64,000 nucleotides of DNA, taken from positions 219,374 to 283,373 of the IMG/VR virus record IMGVR_UViG_3300049460_000312; one strand, written 5' to 3'. The position numbers and the translations under genes are program-made. The notes beneath the pieces were generated by a model. It did no database searches. It saw only the letters and a list, made by a program, of their open reading frames with translations, and was not told the DNA's origin. This document shows, one piece after another, positions 1-9,531 of this stretch; within the stretch, counting starts at the first letter, position 1, and the number at the start of each line of letters is the position of its first letter.

Positions 1-437
1 CGTCATTTGTAATTTGTTGGTACGGATACTACACCAGAAGGAAATCATCTGGACCACACTTTTGTGCTCAGTGGTAAGCTTCACGCACTGCAGGTCTCGT
101 GTCTTCGCCGGTTCCAGGCGAACACTGTGACCACTGGCGCTGATAAAGCTCACCAAAGCGTGGCCTGCCAAGAACTTGGCGGTGTCACTTGAAAACAGGT
201 TGGACAAGAAACCCATGGTTGACTCCAAAAAGAAAAACCGGTGAAAAGAACGGGGAAGAGCTTGCGCCCTTCCCCGTATAAAGGCGTAACCCAGAAGGGA
301 AACGCAATCGAGAAAGAACCAGAAGCAGCCACATGGATGCTTATGTTCAGGTTTGTTATATGTGGTTGAAAATTATTAGACTTTAATCCAGCGGCATAAC
401 AGCCAGAGCAGGCGTATGCCCGCTCTGGCGAAAGCCT

Positions 438-1220
438 TTACTGAACGTGCGCCTGGGCGACCTGCCGGGCGAAATAGACCGTGTGGGTCGACTCCGTCGG
501 ATTGCGATCCTTGATACTCGCGATCACGCGTACCAGAACCTGTGGTGCTACCGCCATATTCTTGCCTGCGTCCGGAGTGGCATCCATCACAAACGACAGC
601 GACACGCGAATCGACCCGCTGGTCTGGTTCTGCGCGCAATGCTCGGTGATATACTTCTCATTGTTTTTCAGGCAATGGTAGAGGTAGACACCCAGTTGCT
701 CGACGCTATCGTTCATGCACATCCAGCCGTCCTGCGCCATGGCCGCAACCATCTCTTCTGTCAACACGGTCATAACAGAATAGTCCATCTCCAGTTGCTT
801 AAGCTCATGCCAGCGGTTCTTCTCGTAGCCCGCCACATTGCTGTAGTTGGTCACGCGCTGTTCACCCTCCGCTGTGTAATGGGTGGTGGTCACCAGGTTC
901 AGGCGCACCGGCCCCTTGCGGACGCCGGAGAGTTTGCGGATATGGCTCAGAATCGAAATGCAGGCACTACGCGGATCTTGCGGTTCGCTGATCGCCTGGA
1001 CATACGAGGACAGATCGATGAAGGGAATCGCTCGTGCGCTCGTCTGCTGCATCTCCTCAAGACTGTCAACCACTGATTCCTTGCGATCTTCCGGTACGGT
1101 TTCCTTCTTAGTGGCAGGCACTTCACGAGCACGATCGGGCAAGACATAGCCCGCGATAAACAGCAGCAGGTAGCCGAAGAACAGCCGGATACCGCGCACA
1201 CACCTGGCGATGGTTTTCAT
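438..1220 (-). CDS. Hypothetical protein with an N-terminal transmembrane segment
   Basis: 260 aa ORF; hydrophobic LFFGYLLLFIAGYVLP; ATGA overlap with the upstream NTase. Confidence 0.75.
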   Translation of the reverse strand: MKTIARCVRGIRLFFGYLLLFIAGYVLPDRAREVPATKKETVPEDRKESVVDSLEEMQQTSARAIPFIDLSSYVQAISEPQDPRSACISILSHIRKLSGVRKGPVRLNLVTTTHYTAEGEQRVTNYSNVAGYEKNRWHELKQLEMDYSVMTVLTEEMVAAMAQDGWMCMNDSVEQLGVYLYHCLKNNEKYITEHCAQNQTSGSIRVSLSFVMDATPDAGKNMAVAPQVLVRVIASIKDRNPTESTHTVYFARQVAQAHVQ

Positions 1221-2164
1221 TTGCCTCCTTCGAGCAACATTTCAGCAAAGCGAGTGTTCAGCCTGTTGATCTGCTTGAGATAGTTTTCCATACTCCGGTC
1301 CGCCAGATGCGGCGGGACGATGATCACCGGACGGCTCAGGACCAACGGGTGCAGCTTATCGATCACCCGAATACAGGTCGGGTGCCAATAGCTGTGACCG
1401 TTCTTGAACAAGCCATCGCGCAGATGCGGCAACATATTGCGTTGCAGGAACGAGACGTTGACATCCTGACCCACGTCCTGCAGATAGCCGTCGATGAGTT
1501 CGGCTAGGGTGAGGGTTTTGTTCAGCACCAGCTCGCTCACAAAGCGCTGGCTCGTCACTGCCCAGCCAAGGAACAACCGGTAGATCGCATCCGAGATTTC
1601 CGAATGCTTGATCTCACCGCCTGACTTCATCAAGCCCCGGGCTTTGCTGGCGCGCCCGGCACAGGAATGCCGATAGCGCTCTGCGTCGAACGTAGAGGCT
1701 GCGAACGTATCGATCTGCTTGGTAAGGACGTCATTGCCCATGAAGTCGATCACGAGGTTGTCGTGCCCGATGCGGAAGTCCAGATTACCCTTGCCGATTT
1801 CCCGCACAAAGAAGTCCAGGCTGACGAAGTTCAACTGCACCTCTTTTTCATCCACGGTGAAGTCTGCGTGCGTGCGTTGAAGCACTGACAGCGTGACTTG
1901 GGGCGGCACCGATTCTTCTTCAGCTACCTGACGCGTATCGGCGGGGATCATCCGGGCATACTGGGAGATACCGCCCAGATACACCACGTACAGATCGATG
2001 TCCGATTCCGGACCCGCATAGCCTTTGGCCTGTGAGCCGAAAACTCCGGCATAAACCGGACGGATGTGAAAACGATCGCACTGCGCCTGGATCTCACGCA
2101 TCAACATCCCGTAAAACGCTTCGCCGAACTGACGTTCGAACGTCTTGTTATCGAAAAGCCCCAT
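1217..2164 (-). CDS. Pol-beta superfamily nucleotidyltransferase (PF10127/RlaP-like)
   Basis: GVFGSQAKGYAGPESDIDLYVVY matches GS-x3-G-x5-SDxD; start placed at MGLFDNK after a GAGG RBS. Confidence 0.8.
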   Translation of the reverse strand: MGLFDNKTFERQFGEAFYGMLMREIQAQCDRFHIRPVYAGVFGSQAKGYAGPESDIDLYVVYLGGISQYARMIPADTRQVAEEESVPPQVTLSVLQRTHADFTVDEKEVQLNFVSLDFFVREIGKGNLDFRIGHDNLVIDFMGNDVLTKQIDTFAASTFDAERYRHSCAGRASKARGLMKSGGEIKHSEISDAIYRLFLGWAVTSQRFVSELVLNKTLTLAELIDGYLQDVGQDVNVSFLQRNMLPHLRDGLFKNGHSYWHPTCIRVIDKLHPLVLSRPVIIVPPHLADRSMENYLKQINRLNTRFAEMLLEGGK

Positions 2165-2217
2165 ACCACCCTCAATGTGTTCAGATGTTAAACGGGCCGC
2201 GCGAGGCGGCCCGGGTC

Positions 2218-3156
2218 TCATGCAGCCAACAACTCCGTCGGCGGCGTTTCGGCTTTGCTCTTGCCGTTACGCTCGTCTTCGTGATCGAGCAACTCCTGGT
2301 AGAGGTCGATCATTTCGCGAGTTTCTTCGGGCAGGTTCGGATACTGCTTCGGATGCTCGCGCAGGTAGTCCGTCGCCAGACGCAGTACGCGGCCGGTGAA
2401 CTGCCTGAGCAGGCTGACGGCGTTCTCGTTGATGCCCTGCGGCATGTCGAACGGGCTACGTTCGGTACGCGCACGAATCACGCCCGTGACTTCCCGAAGA
2501 AAGCCTTCGGACATCGAGGTGGCCCAATTGGCACGATTCATTTCGATCAGTTCCTGAATCGTACGGCAATGCTGCTTGTCGCCATCCAGGTAGGCGAGCA
2601 TGCGGTGCGCCGACCAGAGCGTACCGAGGTAAGTGCGTTCCTGCTTGTACTCACGGCCATGATCGTCAATGGCTTGTAGCGTGCGCATACCGTTGGTGAT
2701 ATGTTCACCGCAGCGATGCACCAGGTTCGGCAACAGGAAATAATCCTGCGCGATGTCCTCGAACAGGAACCGTACCTGAGCGTTGTCCGCGGCGAAGCGT
2801 TCGTACGCCATCAGCGAGAAGGTGCTCGCATTCATGATGCCGCGCAAGAGACTACGCATATCCAGCAGCGATACCATGATCTGCCAGCCGAGCTCCCGCG
2901 ACATCTGCGTGGAGAGCTTGGCGAGCTTGTCGCGCCGGTCATCCAGCGTGCCTTCGAAAATCGGCGCGTTGGACATGTTCAGGTAGTCCGAGACGGGTCG
3001 GTTCAGCAGGAAGCAGATGTCCGTGTCGGAGTTCGGGTCATTGAAGCCGCGCAGGATCGATCCGTGGATCGTCGCTGCCGTTACTTCCAGTCCCAGGTGA
3101 CGAGAGACTAGGGCGGTGGCTTCAGCAAGTCGTTGCTTTTTGAGTTGTTCGTTCAT
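2218..3156 (-). CDS. Pol-beta superfamily nucleotidyltransferase (PF10127/RlaP-like), paralogue
   Basis: IHGSILRGFNDPNSDTDICF motif; LLDMRSLLRGIMNAS resembles the family WDLRKAL-type segment. Confidence 0.8.
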   Translation of the reverse strand: MNEQLKKQRLAEATALVSRHLGLEVTAATIHGSILRGFNDPNSDTDICFLLNRPVSDYLNMSNAPIFEGTLDDRRDKLAKLSTQMSRELGWQIMVSLLDMRSLLRGIMNASTFSLMAYERFAADNAQVRFLFEDIAQDYFLLPNLVHRCGEHITNGMRTLQAIDDHGREYKQERTYLGTLWSAHRMLAYLDGDKQHCRTIQELIEMNRANWATSMSEGFLREVTGVIRARTERSPFDMPQGINENAVSLLRQFTGRVLRLATDYLREHPKQYPNLPEETREMIDLYQELLDHEDERNGKSKAETPPTELLAA

Positions 3157-3209
3157 TTTGGTATCCTCGATGTGGTTTTTGGCAATAGACCTAGATCCAT
3201 TCTACGTTT

Positions 3210-3217
3210 GTGATATG
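3210..3217 (-). promoter_or_regulatory. Putative phage early promoter (CATATCAC)
   Basis: Variant of the phiKZ early motif TATATTAC, upstream of the NTase operon. Confidence 0.5.
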
Positions 3218-3308
3218 TGTCTGAAACTAAGTCCAGATCACCATCCAAGCCAGTTGCTCACAACAAGGACACCGTGCTGTATTTTCTAATTACTTACAAC
3301 TATCCTAC

Positions 3309-3716
3309 TCAGAAATATATCTGGATAGAATGACCGTCTGCTTCCCGGTGCAGTGTATCGGTATTATGCAACCGCATCGAGACCACGCCGTGACAGCCCT
3401 TGGCATTGTCCTTCGCCCATTGGCTTGTGACCTTCTCAAAGCCCGCGTACGTGCAGAACCACAGGCGTTCGTCACTGTTGTTGACGGTCTTGATCACGCC
3501 CTTCTCGTAAAAGGCTTCAGAAGTCACGACGTCGAAGATATCGCTGACTTCCGGACTCATCTCGGGATCGGTATCACCCCAGTAAGCGAGTAGGATAGCG
3601 ATGATCAAGCGAAAGTTATCGCGTAGCTCAGCCTGCGAGCGAGCGCGACCGACGCCGTAGAGCAAAGCCCGTGTGTAGATCTTGTTGTTCGGTGTGATAA
3701 GGTGAAGGAAAGCCAT
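3309..3716 (-). CDS. Hypothetical protein
   Basis: About 135 aa ORF collinear with its neighbours. Confidence 0.7.
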   Translation of the reverse strand: MAFLHLITPNNKIYTRALLYGVGRARSQAELRDNFRLIIAILLAYWGDTDPEMSPEVSDIFDVVTSEAFYEKGVIKTVNNSDERLWFCTYAGFEKVTSQWAKDNAKGCHGVVSMRLHNTDTLHREADGHSIQIYF

Positions 3717-3732
3717 AGTAAGCAATAAAAGG

Positions 3733-4140
3733 TTAAGTTTCCCAGGGACGAGGGCACGCTACCCCAAGCGCGCGTTTTCTTTGCAGTTCGTCCCGCCGTT
3801 TTGTTTCTTTGATACAAATCTGTCGCACCCGCTGATATGAGATATCCAACGCCTGCGCAATCCTGCGATACGTGTAGCCCCGGATGTTGTGCTGAATGAC
3901 GATGTGACCAAATAACTGCGCCACGCAATACACGCTGGTCTGTAAGCCGGTTTCCTTTCTCGCCACAAGCATGTTCTCCCGCGTACGGACTACCCACTCT
4001 TTCTGAGCGGACGTCAGTAATGGGGAAAGCTCTTGCTCCAGCTTATTCAGCTTGACCAGAATCTCGTCAAAACGCTGCAGATGAAAAGACTTACGCTCGT
4101 TGAGCTGCTCCATGGTTAGGGAATGGGGCTTAGCGATCAT
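3733..4140 (-). CDS. Helix-turn-helix protein, sigma70 region 4-like
   Basis: YTYRRIAQALDISYQRVRQICIKETKR resembles the sigma r4 HTH (T.EIA..L.IS.ERVRQI). Confidence 0.65.
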   Translation of the reverse strand: MIAKPHSLTMEQLNERKSFHLQRFDEILVKLNKLEQELSPLLTSAQKEWVVRTRENMLVARKETGLQTSVYCVAQLFGHIVIQHNIRGYTYRRIAQALDISYQRVRQICIKETKRRDELQRKRALGVACPRPWET

Positions 4141-4313
4141 CGTTCTTCCTCATGTGGGTGCATGCGATAAAATAACCCTCCGAGTAAGAATTAGCAGCGC
4201 GCCCGCATTCTGTAGCCGCCACAACCCAATCCCGGTGGCTAGTTACATTCCATTTAACCTGGGTCGCTGTTCAGCTCGTTGGTTGAGGAAGTGCCGGTAA
4301 CGCCCGCAGTACC

Positions 4314-4384
4314 TGCTCTGGTAGTAGATTGGAATAACGCCGGTTACGACCCGGAAAAGTGGGTTCGATTCCCATCCAGGCAGT
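4314..4384 (+). tRNA. Degenerate tRNA-Arg(ACG)-like element
   Basis: Canonical T-arm GTGGG-TTCGATT-CCCAT; anticodon arm CCGG-TTACGAC-CCGG; bulged acceptor TGC(T)CTGG/CCAGGCA; weak D-stem; no encoded CCA. Confidence 0.55.
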
Positions 4385-4391
4385 GTCACAG

Positions 4392-4437
4392 CAAAAAAAA
4401 AAATAAAGCAGGGAGGCCGAAGCCTCCCTTTATGCCG
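4392..4437. terminator. Bidirectional intrinsic terminator
   Basis: A-run, then AGGGAGGC-CGAA-GCCTCCCT hairpin, then TTATGCCG. Confidence 0.8.
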
Positions 4438-4441
4438 CTGA

Positions 4442-4792
4442 TTACCAGTAACGGGCATCCCCGGGCTTCTCGTACACCTGCACCTCGTGGTCTGCGTTAC
4501 GCGTGTAGCGATGCAGTTCTTTCGAGACCTGTTGACGATAAGTCCGTTCTGCCGTATTGCGATAGCTCCAGGGCACACTCGCGTGAAGGTATTCCTTGGT
4601 CAGGCAATCGCCGCGCTTCTTGCGAAGTTTGGCGTACTCGACTTTGGACAGCATTTCCTGCGCCGCCTTCCATCCGCCCGATGCGACTGGAATCCAGTGC
4701 AGATCCCACAGATAACCGCCGTCCACCGGACGGGAGTTATCGATGCAGTATTCGAGTGTACGGCTGGCGTTGCTGCGATAGGTGCGAGACAT
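4442..4792 (-). CDS. Small basic phage protein (MSRTYR... type)
   Basis: 116 aa, Arg/Lys rich. Confidence 0.65.
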   Translation of the reverse strand: MSRTYRSNASRTLEYCIDNSRPVDGGYLWDLHWIPVASGGWKAAQEMLSKVEYAKLRKKRGDCLTKEYLHASVPWSYRNTAERTYRQQVSKELHRYTRNADHEVQVYEKPGDARYW

Positions 4793-4883
4793 GGTTTTCT
4801 CCGAATGAAGGGCACATTCGGGTACTGGCATGCCAGCGTGTGGCGACGTGATACATGAGAGACTCCAAAGTTGGACTACAGTA

Positions 4884-5555
4884 TTACAGGTCGTGAAGCA
4901 TCGCGATCAGTTCCTGATACTGGGCACGCGTCCAGCTCGCCAGCATCTGGTGCTGGGTGTTGTCTGCCTGCAGCTCTTCACGGAATTCGATCGTGCTGGC
5001 GTCACCATTCAATAACTTGGCGACACCATTCGAAAACGGTGTGGTGGTGCAGCCGAGCCATTGGCTGAAGTGGAAGAGCCAGTAGCATTCGCCAATCGTC
5101 AGCGGCAGCGGTTCCTTGCTGTTAAAGCGCTGATGAAACAGCGCGGTGTGACGTGTGGTCGGCGCTGTCTGGTAGTTGGTGAACACGTTCTTGCGAGCGT
5201 ACTCGGCGAGCAGGAAGCGATCGAAGTCCGGATCGTTCGAAGCGATCAAACGCATGACTTCGTTGCTGCCCATATACAGATCGCGCGCCAGGTGACTCGG
5301 CACACAGACGAGGTAACGAGCGACTTTCACGTTGGCAGCGAGGGTATCGAACATCTCGTAGATACCGAGCTGCAGCGTGTGACGGGTCATCTCGACGTGT
5401 TCGAGATCGCGCTGTTCTTCAAGCGACAGGGTGTTCCAGTTCGCAGGACGCGGGCGCGTGACCAGCGCGCCACGACTGGCCGCGCTGCGCTGAATCGCTT
5501 GTTCGAACTTTTCAGCCAGCGCCTTGGTCTTTTCTTGGGTGGTGATGATGCTCAT
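4884..5555 (-). CDS. Hypothetical protein
   Basis: Start at MSIITTQEK with a GGAG RBS; 223 aa. Confidence 0.7.
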   Translation of the reverse strand: MSIITTQEKTKALAEKFEQAIQRSAASRGALVTRPRPANWNTLSLEEQRDLEHVEMTRHTLQLGIYEMFDTLAANVKVARYLVCVPSHLARDLYMGSNEVMRLIASNDPDFDRFLLAEYARKNVFTNYQTAPTTRHTALFHQRFNSKEPLPLTIGECYWLFHFSQWLGCTTTPFSNGVAKLLNGDASTIEFREELQADNTQHQMLASWTRAQYQELIAMLHDL

Positions 5556-5634
5556 GGTAAAACTCCTTTGTGGTGAGAGAACAGAGGGATTGAACGGCAT
5601 AAAGGCCCAGAGCCAAAGCCCTGGGCAGACAGCA

Positions 5635-5988
5635 TTACAGGAACACCAGTAGCACGTGTGCCGTGGCCGGATTCTCCAGCACCGTGATGACGAGCTCATA
5701 CCCCGCTTCAGGATGCTGCGCCAGCGCCCACTTGCTGCTGGTGGCGCGCAAGCCCGTGCGACCGAAGGTGAGCGGCTTGAGGAGGTCGAACGGCAGCACG
5801 ACGTTACCCTGCTTCTCGGCCGCCTGCAGGTACGCCAGCGTATCGGTCACCAGCTCCTGGATGTTCAACGACGTGCCACGAAAATCGATGGTGGCGACGT
5901 CCAGCTGCAGCGCGTCGTGCTGATGGACCAGCTGGACGTCATGAGGGTCGGGGATGATCTGATGCAGATCGATAACAGCAATACTCAC
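5635..5988 (-). CDS. Hypothetical protein
   Basis: 117 aa ORF. Confidence 0.7.
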   Translation of the reverse strand: MSIAVIDLHQIIPDPHDVQLVHQHDALQLDVATIDFRGTSLNIQELVTDTLAYLQAAEKQGNVVLPFDLLKPLTFGRTGLRATSSKWALAQHPEAGYELVITVLENPATAHVLLVFL

Positions 5989-6014
5989 GGGGAAGACTCC
6001 TGGAGGGGGGGGGG

Positions 6015-6344
6015 TTAGAGCAGACAGCGTTTGAGCGTGGGATTGGAAATCAGACGACCCTTCACCTTGCCTTGTTGTGCCAGTTCAGCCGCTGCCGTGT
6101 GTTCACCTAACAGCACGACGAACTTGCCTTCAAATTTGGCGAACACAGGTTCCCGATAGAAGAGCTTGGCGCGCACCCGGTCAGTCAGCTTGTCCCGAGG
6201 TTCCACATTGGCTTGGTGCGACAACGCAGCCTGCGGGACTTCCACCGCCGGTGCCATGGCCAGATGAGCCAGCACTGCCTCAGCATTGTACTGGTGACCC
6301 TTGAACGCGATAAATGGCTTGGCCTTCAGAGTGAGGGTAGTCAT
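6015..6344 (-). CDS. Hypothetical protein
   Basis: 109 aa ORF with RBS. Confidence 0.7.
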   Translation of the reverse strand: MTTLTLKAKPFIAFKGHQYNAEAVLAHLAMAPAVEVPQAALSHQANVEPRDKLTDRVRAKLFYREPVFAKFEGKFVVLLGEHTAAAELAQQGKVKGRLISNPTLKRCLL

Positions 6345-6373
6345 GATTTCCTTTGGAAGTTAAGGCGAATTAC

Positions 6374-7720
6374 TCAGACACTGAGCGTGTCTGCTTTGCT
6401 ACGAAACACTTCGTCAGCAGCAGGCGTCGATGACGTGACAGCCTGCACAAAACCTTCTGGGTCGTCCTCGTGCTCACTGAAGAAGGCGCTGATGTCGCAG
6501 GCCCGCAGCGAGCGCTCAATGGGCGTATACGCCGGCCAGGAGCGTCCGTAGGACTTCTCGTAATACTCCATGATCGAGCGGGGTTCCATCCGACCCACTT
6601 CAATCAGACACGTCACGCGACCCGGGCGATACAGAGCAGGATCAATCTGCTCCAGATGGTTGGTGGTGAAAATCACCACGCAATCCGTGACCTCTGTGGG
6701 TGACTGCAGACTCGCCAGCATGCGACCCAAAACCGGATCATCGTCCATGATGAATTCACCAGGCTTTGGTTCAGTTTTCTGACGCTTACGCAGCCCCTGC
6801 ATATAGGTGTCGAAATCATCCATCAAAAGGACAGGCACTTCCCCTTCAGTGATGTTCTCGCGCGCGGCGTAGACCATCTCGGAGAGCAGTACCGGATTGT
6901 GTCCGGAGCTGCTGATGGCGTTGACCACAAAAAGCGAAGTCCGTAAACGCCAGGCGATATACTCCGCCAGTGCGGACTTACCGGTGCCGGGCTCACCATA
7001 CAGCATGATCACGAGCTTGTGCGGGAAGTCCATCCTATTCTTCTTCTCGCGATGCCGAAGAAAAGTATCGATAGCTTCATCGATCTGCTGCTTGACCTTG
7101 TGGTCCAGTGCTAGAATGGGTAGCCCGGTAAAATTACGCTGACGCATGGCTTTAGGCTCAGCGCTCGACCACGGCGGCGTGATCAACTGATAGATACCAG
7201 GCACGGTATATTCACGCGCACTTTCACCCAGCACCTCCAGAATCCGCTTGCGATGCATGCGCAGCGAGGTCAATGACAGGGTGATGATGCGGCGTTGCTT
7301 CTCGCCCTTTTGCTGCTGTTCCTGCCGCCGCGACACCCAGATCCAGGCGCCAGCATAATAGAAGAAGAAACCGCCATCGGCCAGCGTCTCAGCGAGCCGT
7401 TTCTTACGGGTGGTGAGGCGCGCGGTCGAACGTTGTCCGGAGATCCGTTTCTGGAGCGCATGCTCAAACTTCTCTGCCACCATCTGGATCATGGTGCGAC
7501 CATCATCGTAGTCGTACTCGATGTAATACGTGAAGACCACGAAGCGACGGGCAGCGAACCAGAACTTCTTGGGTAAGCCCCGCGCGAAATACGCAATCGA
7601 TGCAAAGATGGACGCTGTCGCTGCCCCGGCGATAAGCGGATTACCATTCAGCGCACTGGAGACCCAGCCCGTGAACATACCTACTAACTGCTGGACCTGC
7701 ATAAGGGAGCTTGAAATCAT
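6374..7720 (-). CDS. Membrane-anchored AAA+ ATPase (BCS1-like architecture)
   Basis: N-terminal hydrophobic helix; Walker A GEPGTGKS; Walker B LLMDDFD; SRH TTNHLEQIDPALYRPGR. Confidence 0.85.
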   Translation of the reverse strand: MISSSLMQVQQLVGMFTGWVSSALNGNPLIAGAATASIFASIAYFARGLPKKFWFAARRFVVFTYYIEYDYDDGRTMIQMVAEKFEHALQKRISGQRSTARLTTRKKRLAETLADGGFFFYYAGAWIWVSRRQEQQQKGEKQRRIITLSLTSLRMHRKRILEVLGESAREYTVPGIYQLITPPWSSAEPKAMRQRNFTGLPILALDHKVKQQIDEAIDTFLRHREKKNRMDFPHKLVIMLYGEPGTGKSALAEYIAWRLRTSLFVVNAISSSGHNPVLLSEMVYAARENITEGEVPVLLMDDFDTYMQGLRKRQKTEPKPGEFIMDDDPVLGRMLASLQSPTEVTDCVVIFTTNHLEQIDPALYRPGRVTCLIEVGRMEPRSIMEYYEKSYGRSWPAYTPIERSLRACDISAFFSEHEDDPEGFVQAVTSSTPAADEVFRSKADTLSV

Positions 7721-7816
7721 GTTGTTCTCACAGGGGATATTAGGATTGGTCTACTAACAAATCCCCTTGGTCGGTAAAAAGACGGCATAAGAGGCGGGTT
7801 ACCCCGCCCCTCATGT

Positions 7817-8416
7817 TTAAGCCGCCATGGCTTCGTAGCTGTAGTCCAACGTGAGACTGAGTACCGATTTGCCAGCCACCATAAAGGCGACGTGCATGCC
7901 GGTCTGTGTGGGCGTGAAGCGCACGTGATGCGGCGTGGTCGCGTCTTTCGGCTTGACTGACGTTCGCAGGGCTTTAAAACCTTCCACAGCGTAATGGGAA
8001 AAGCGCGGATTGGCCATCAGCACTTCATGCGCCTTAGCCCACTCCACACTCTTACCGAGCAGTGACAAGTCATGCTTGCGTGGCACCACAGGCTCACGTA
8101 CCACGTCGGTATAGACCGCCAGACTCTCACCACGTTCAGCCACCAGCACATTCACCACCTGAGAGACCGTCTCGTTTGAGCACAACGCAATGCGCAGTAC
8201 TGGCACGCTCGTATGTTCGCGACTCTCCCAGGTCTGGATATGGAAGCCGCGTGTCTTGGCCTGTTTCCACAAACGATCCAGCGCATCCCACAGCGCACGC
8301 ATGACCAGACCGTTATCGAACTCGTGATCGAATCCCGCATCCCGGAATGTGTACATCAATTCCATTACATCCTTGAACTGCTTGCCGTTAAAGGCTTTGA
8401 GCTTACTCGTGGTCAT
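7817..8416 (-). CDS. Hypothetical protein
   Basis: 199 aa ORF followed by the hairpin element. Confidence 0.7.
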   Translation of the reverse strand: MTTSKLKAFNGKQFKDVMELMYTFRDAGFDHEFDNGLVMRALWDALDRLWKQAKTRGFHIQTWESREHTSVPVLRIALCSNETVSQVVNVLVAERGESLAVYTDVVREPVVPRKHDLSLLGKSVEWAKAHEVLMANPRFSHYAVEGFKALRTSVKPKDATTPHHVRFTPTQTGMHVAFMVAGKSVLSLTLDYSYEAMAA

Positions 8417-8446
8417 GGCGGTCTAGTCCTCAAAGACTACATCCAG

Positions 8447-9100
8447 TTATCCCCATGGATGCCAGTTGGCGTCCCGGTCCTTTTTCTCTGCAGCCACCAG
8501 CGCTTCGACCTCGGGCAAAGTCCACGGCGGTTCGAAGTCTGGGTCTTGCTGATAGCACTGAAACGGGGTGAGCTCACCCGTCGCAAGCTTTTCTTTCTGC
8601 TCGCGCGAATATTCGTGGTGTTTCGGATGCCGGCTGTCACTGACGAAACCGTGATCCCCATCGTAGCGCATGCCTTGGCGCTCCACAAACTGCTTGCCGT
8701 CATAAACGAGCACGCTTTCCCACCAGGAGTCTTCCCCGGCTTCGCGCATCAGGATGTCGCCTTCAGTGAGCACCAGGTACTGTTCGATGCCGAACATCAG
8801 GGAGGCGAAGAGTTGCATGTTCGGGTGCTTGGTGGCGGCCCGGCTTTGATACAGCCAGTAGTCACCGCAGTCTTCCTTCACGCGCCACTTATACGTCTTG
8901 AAGATCACATCCTCGATACAGCTCGTGAGGCGCTGTAGGAGCGGGATAGCGTCCTGCACGAACGCGCTCTGTGCATCGGTCATCGGATAGACCGATTCAC
9001 CTTCCTCCAGCTCGAACACGCGGTCCAGAAATTGATACACCTCTTTAGGTGCAAACTTCCGGACCTTGATACGCGTTGCGATGGCAGTGTAGTAACCCAT
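8447..9100 (-). CDS. Hypothetical protein, paralogue of 9532..10143
   Basis: Shares ATR[IL]K[VI]RK.AP and WRVKE..G..W.Y.SRAA motifs. Confidence 0.75.
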   Translation of the reverse strand: MGYYTAIATRIKVRKFAPKEVYQFLDRVFELEEGESVYPMTDAQSAFVQDAIPLLQRLTSCIEDVIFKTYKWRVKEDCGDYWLYQSRAATKHPNMQLFASLMFGIEQYLVLTEGDILMREAGEDSWWESVLVYDGKQFVERQGMRYDGDHGFVSDSRHPKHHEYSREQKEKLATGELTPFQCYQQDPDFEPPWTLPEVEALVAAEKKDRDANWHPWG

Positions 9101-9107
9101 ATTAGCC

Positions 9108-9518
9108 TCAGATAAGTGAAAGGAGGGTGTAGTCGTTTGGTGAGAGCCTGTAATGGTCAGGGTCTAATCCCTGCTCATCAAAGCTTCCGTACGGCTTACC
9201 CTGATCCAGCGTTTCGAGCGCCATGGTCTTAATCTTGAAACCACCAAAGCGCAACCGATCAATGCCTCGGGAATGACCGATCCACAGCACAGCTTTCTTG
9301 TTCGGCACGGTGTGAGGTGCGCCTTCGTCGAACTCCACCTCAAAGCCGCGCTTTTCCAGGATAACCCGGATCTCGTTATAGAACGCGTCAGCCAACGGCT
9401 GGATCTTGGGATCGTCCAGATATTTCGGATTACCCTTGATTACCACCGCCAGAGGTTTCTTCTCGACCAGTCCTTCCAGACCGGCGACACTCAGCACTGC
9501 TTTCAGAAAGCTTTTCAT
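9108..9518 (-). CDS. Minimal alpha/beta-hydrolase-like protein
   Basis: LWIGHSRG nucleophile elbow; C-terminal DPDHY. Confidence 0.55.
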   Translation of the reverse strand: MKSFLKAVLSVAGLEGLVEKKPLAVVIKGNPKYLDDPKIQPLADAFYNEIRVILEKRGFEVEFDEGAPHTVPNKKAVLWIGHSRGIDRLRFGGFKIKTMALETLDQGKPYGSFDEQGLDPDHYRLSPNDYTLLSLI

Positions 9519-9531
9519 TCCTTGTTTTCCT

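Noticed and set aside
150-332. 60-aa minus-strand ORF
   Set aside because: Spans a terminator-like hairpin (252-280) and has atypical composition; not supportable as a gene
6005-6014. G10 homopolymer as a phase-variation switch
   Set aside because: Intergenic, between a stop codon and the next RBS; no frame affected
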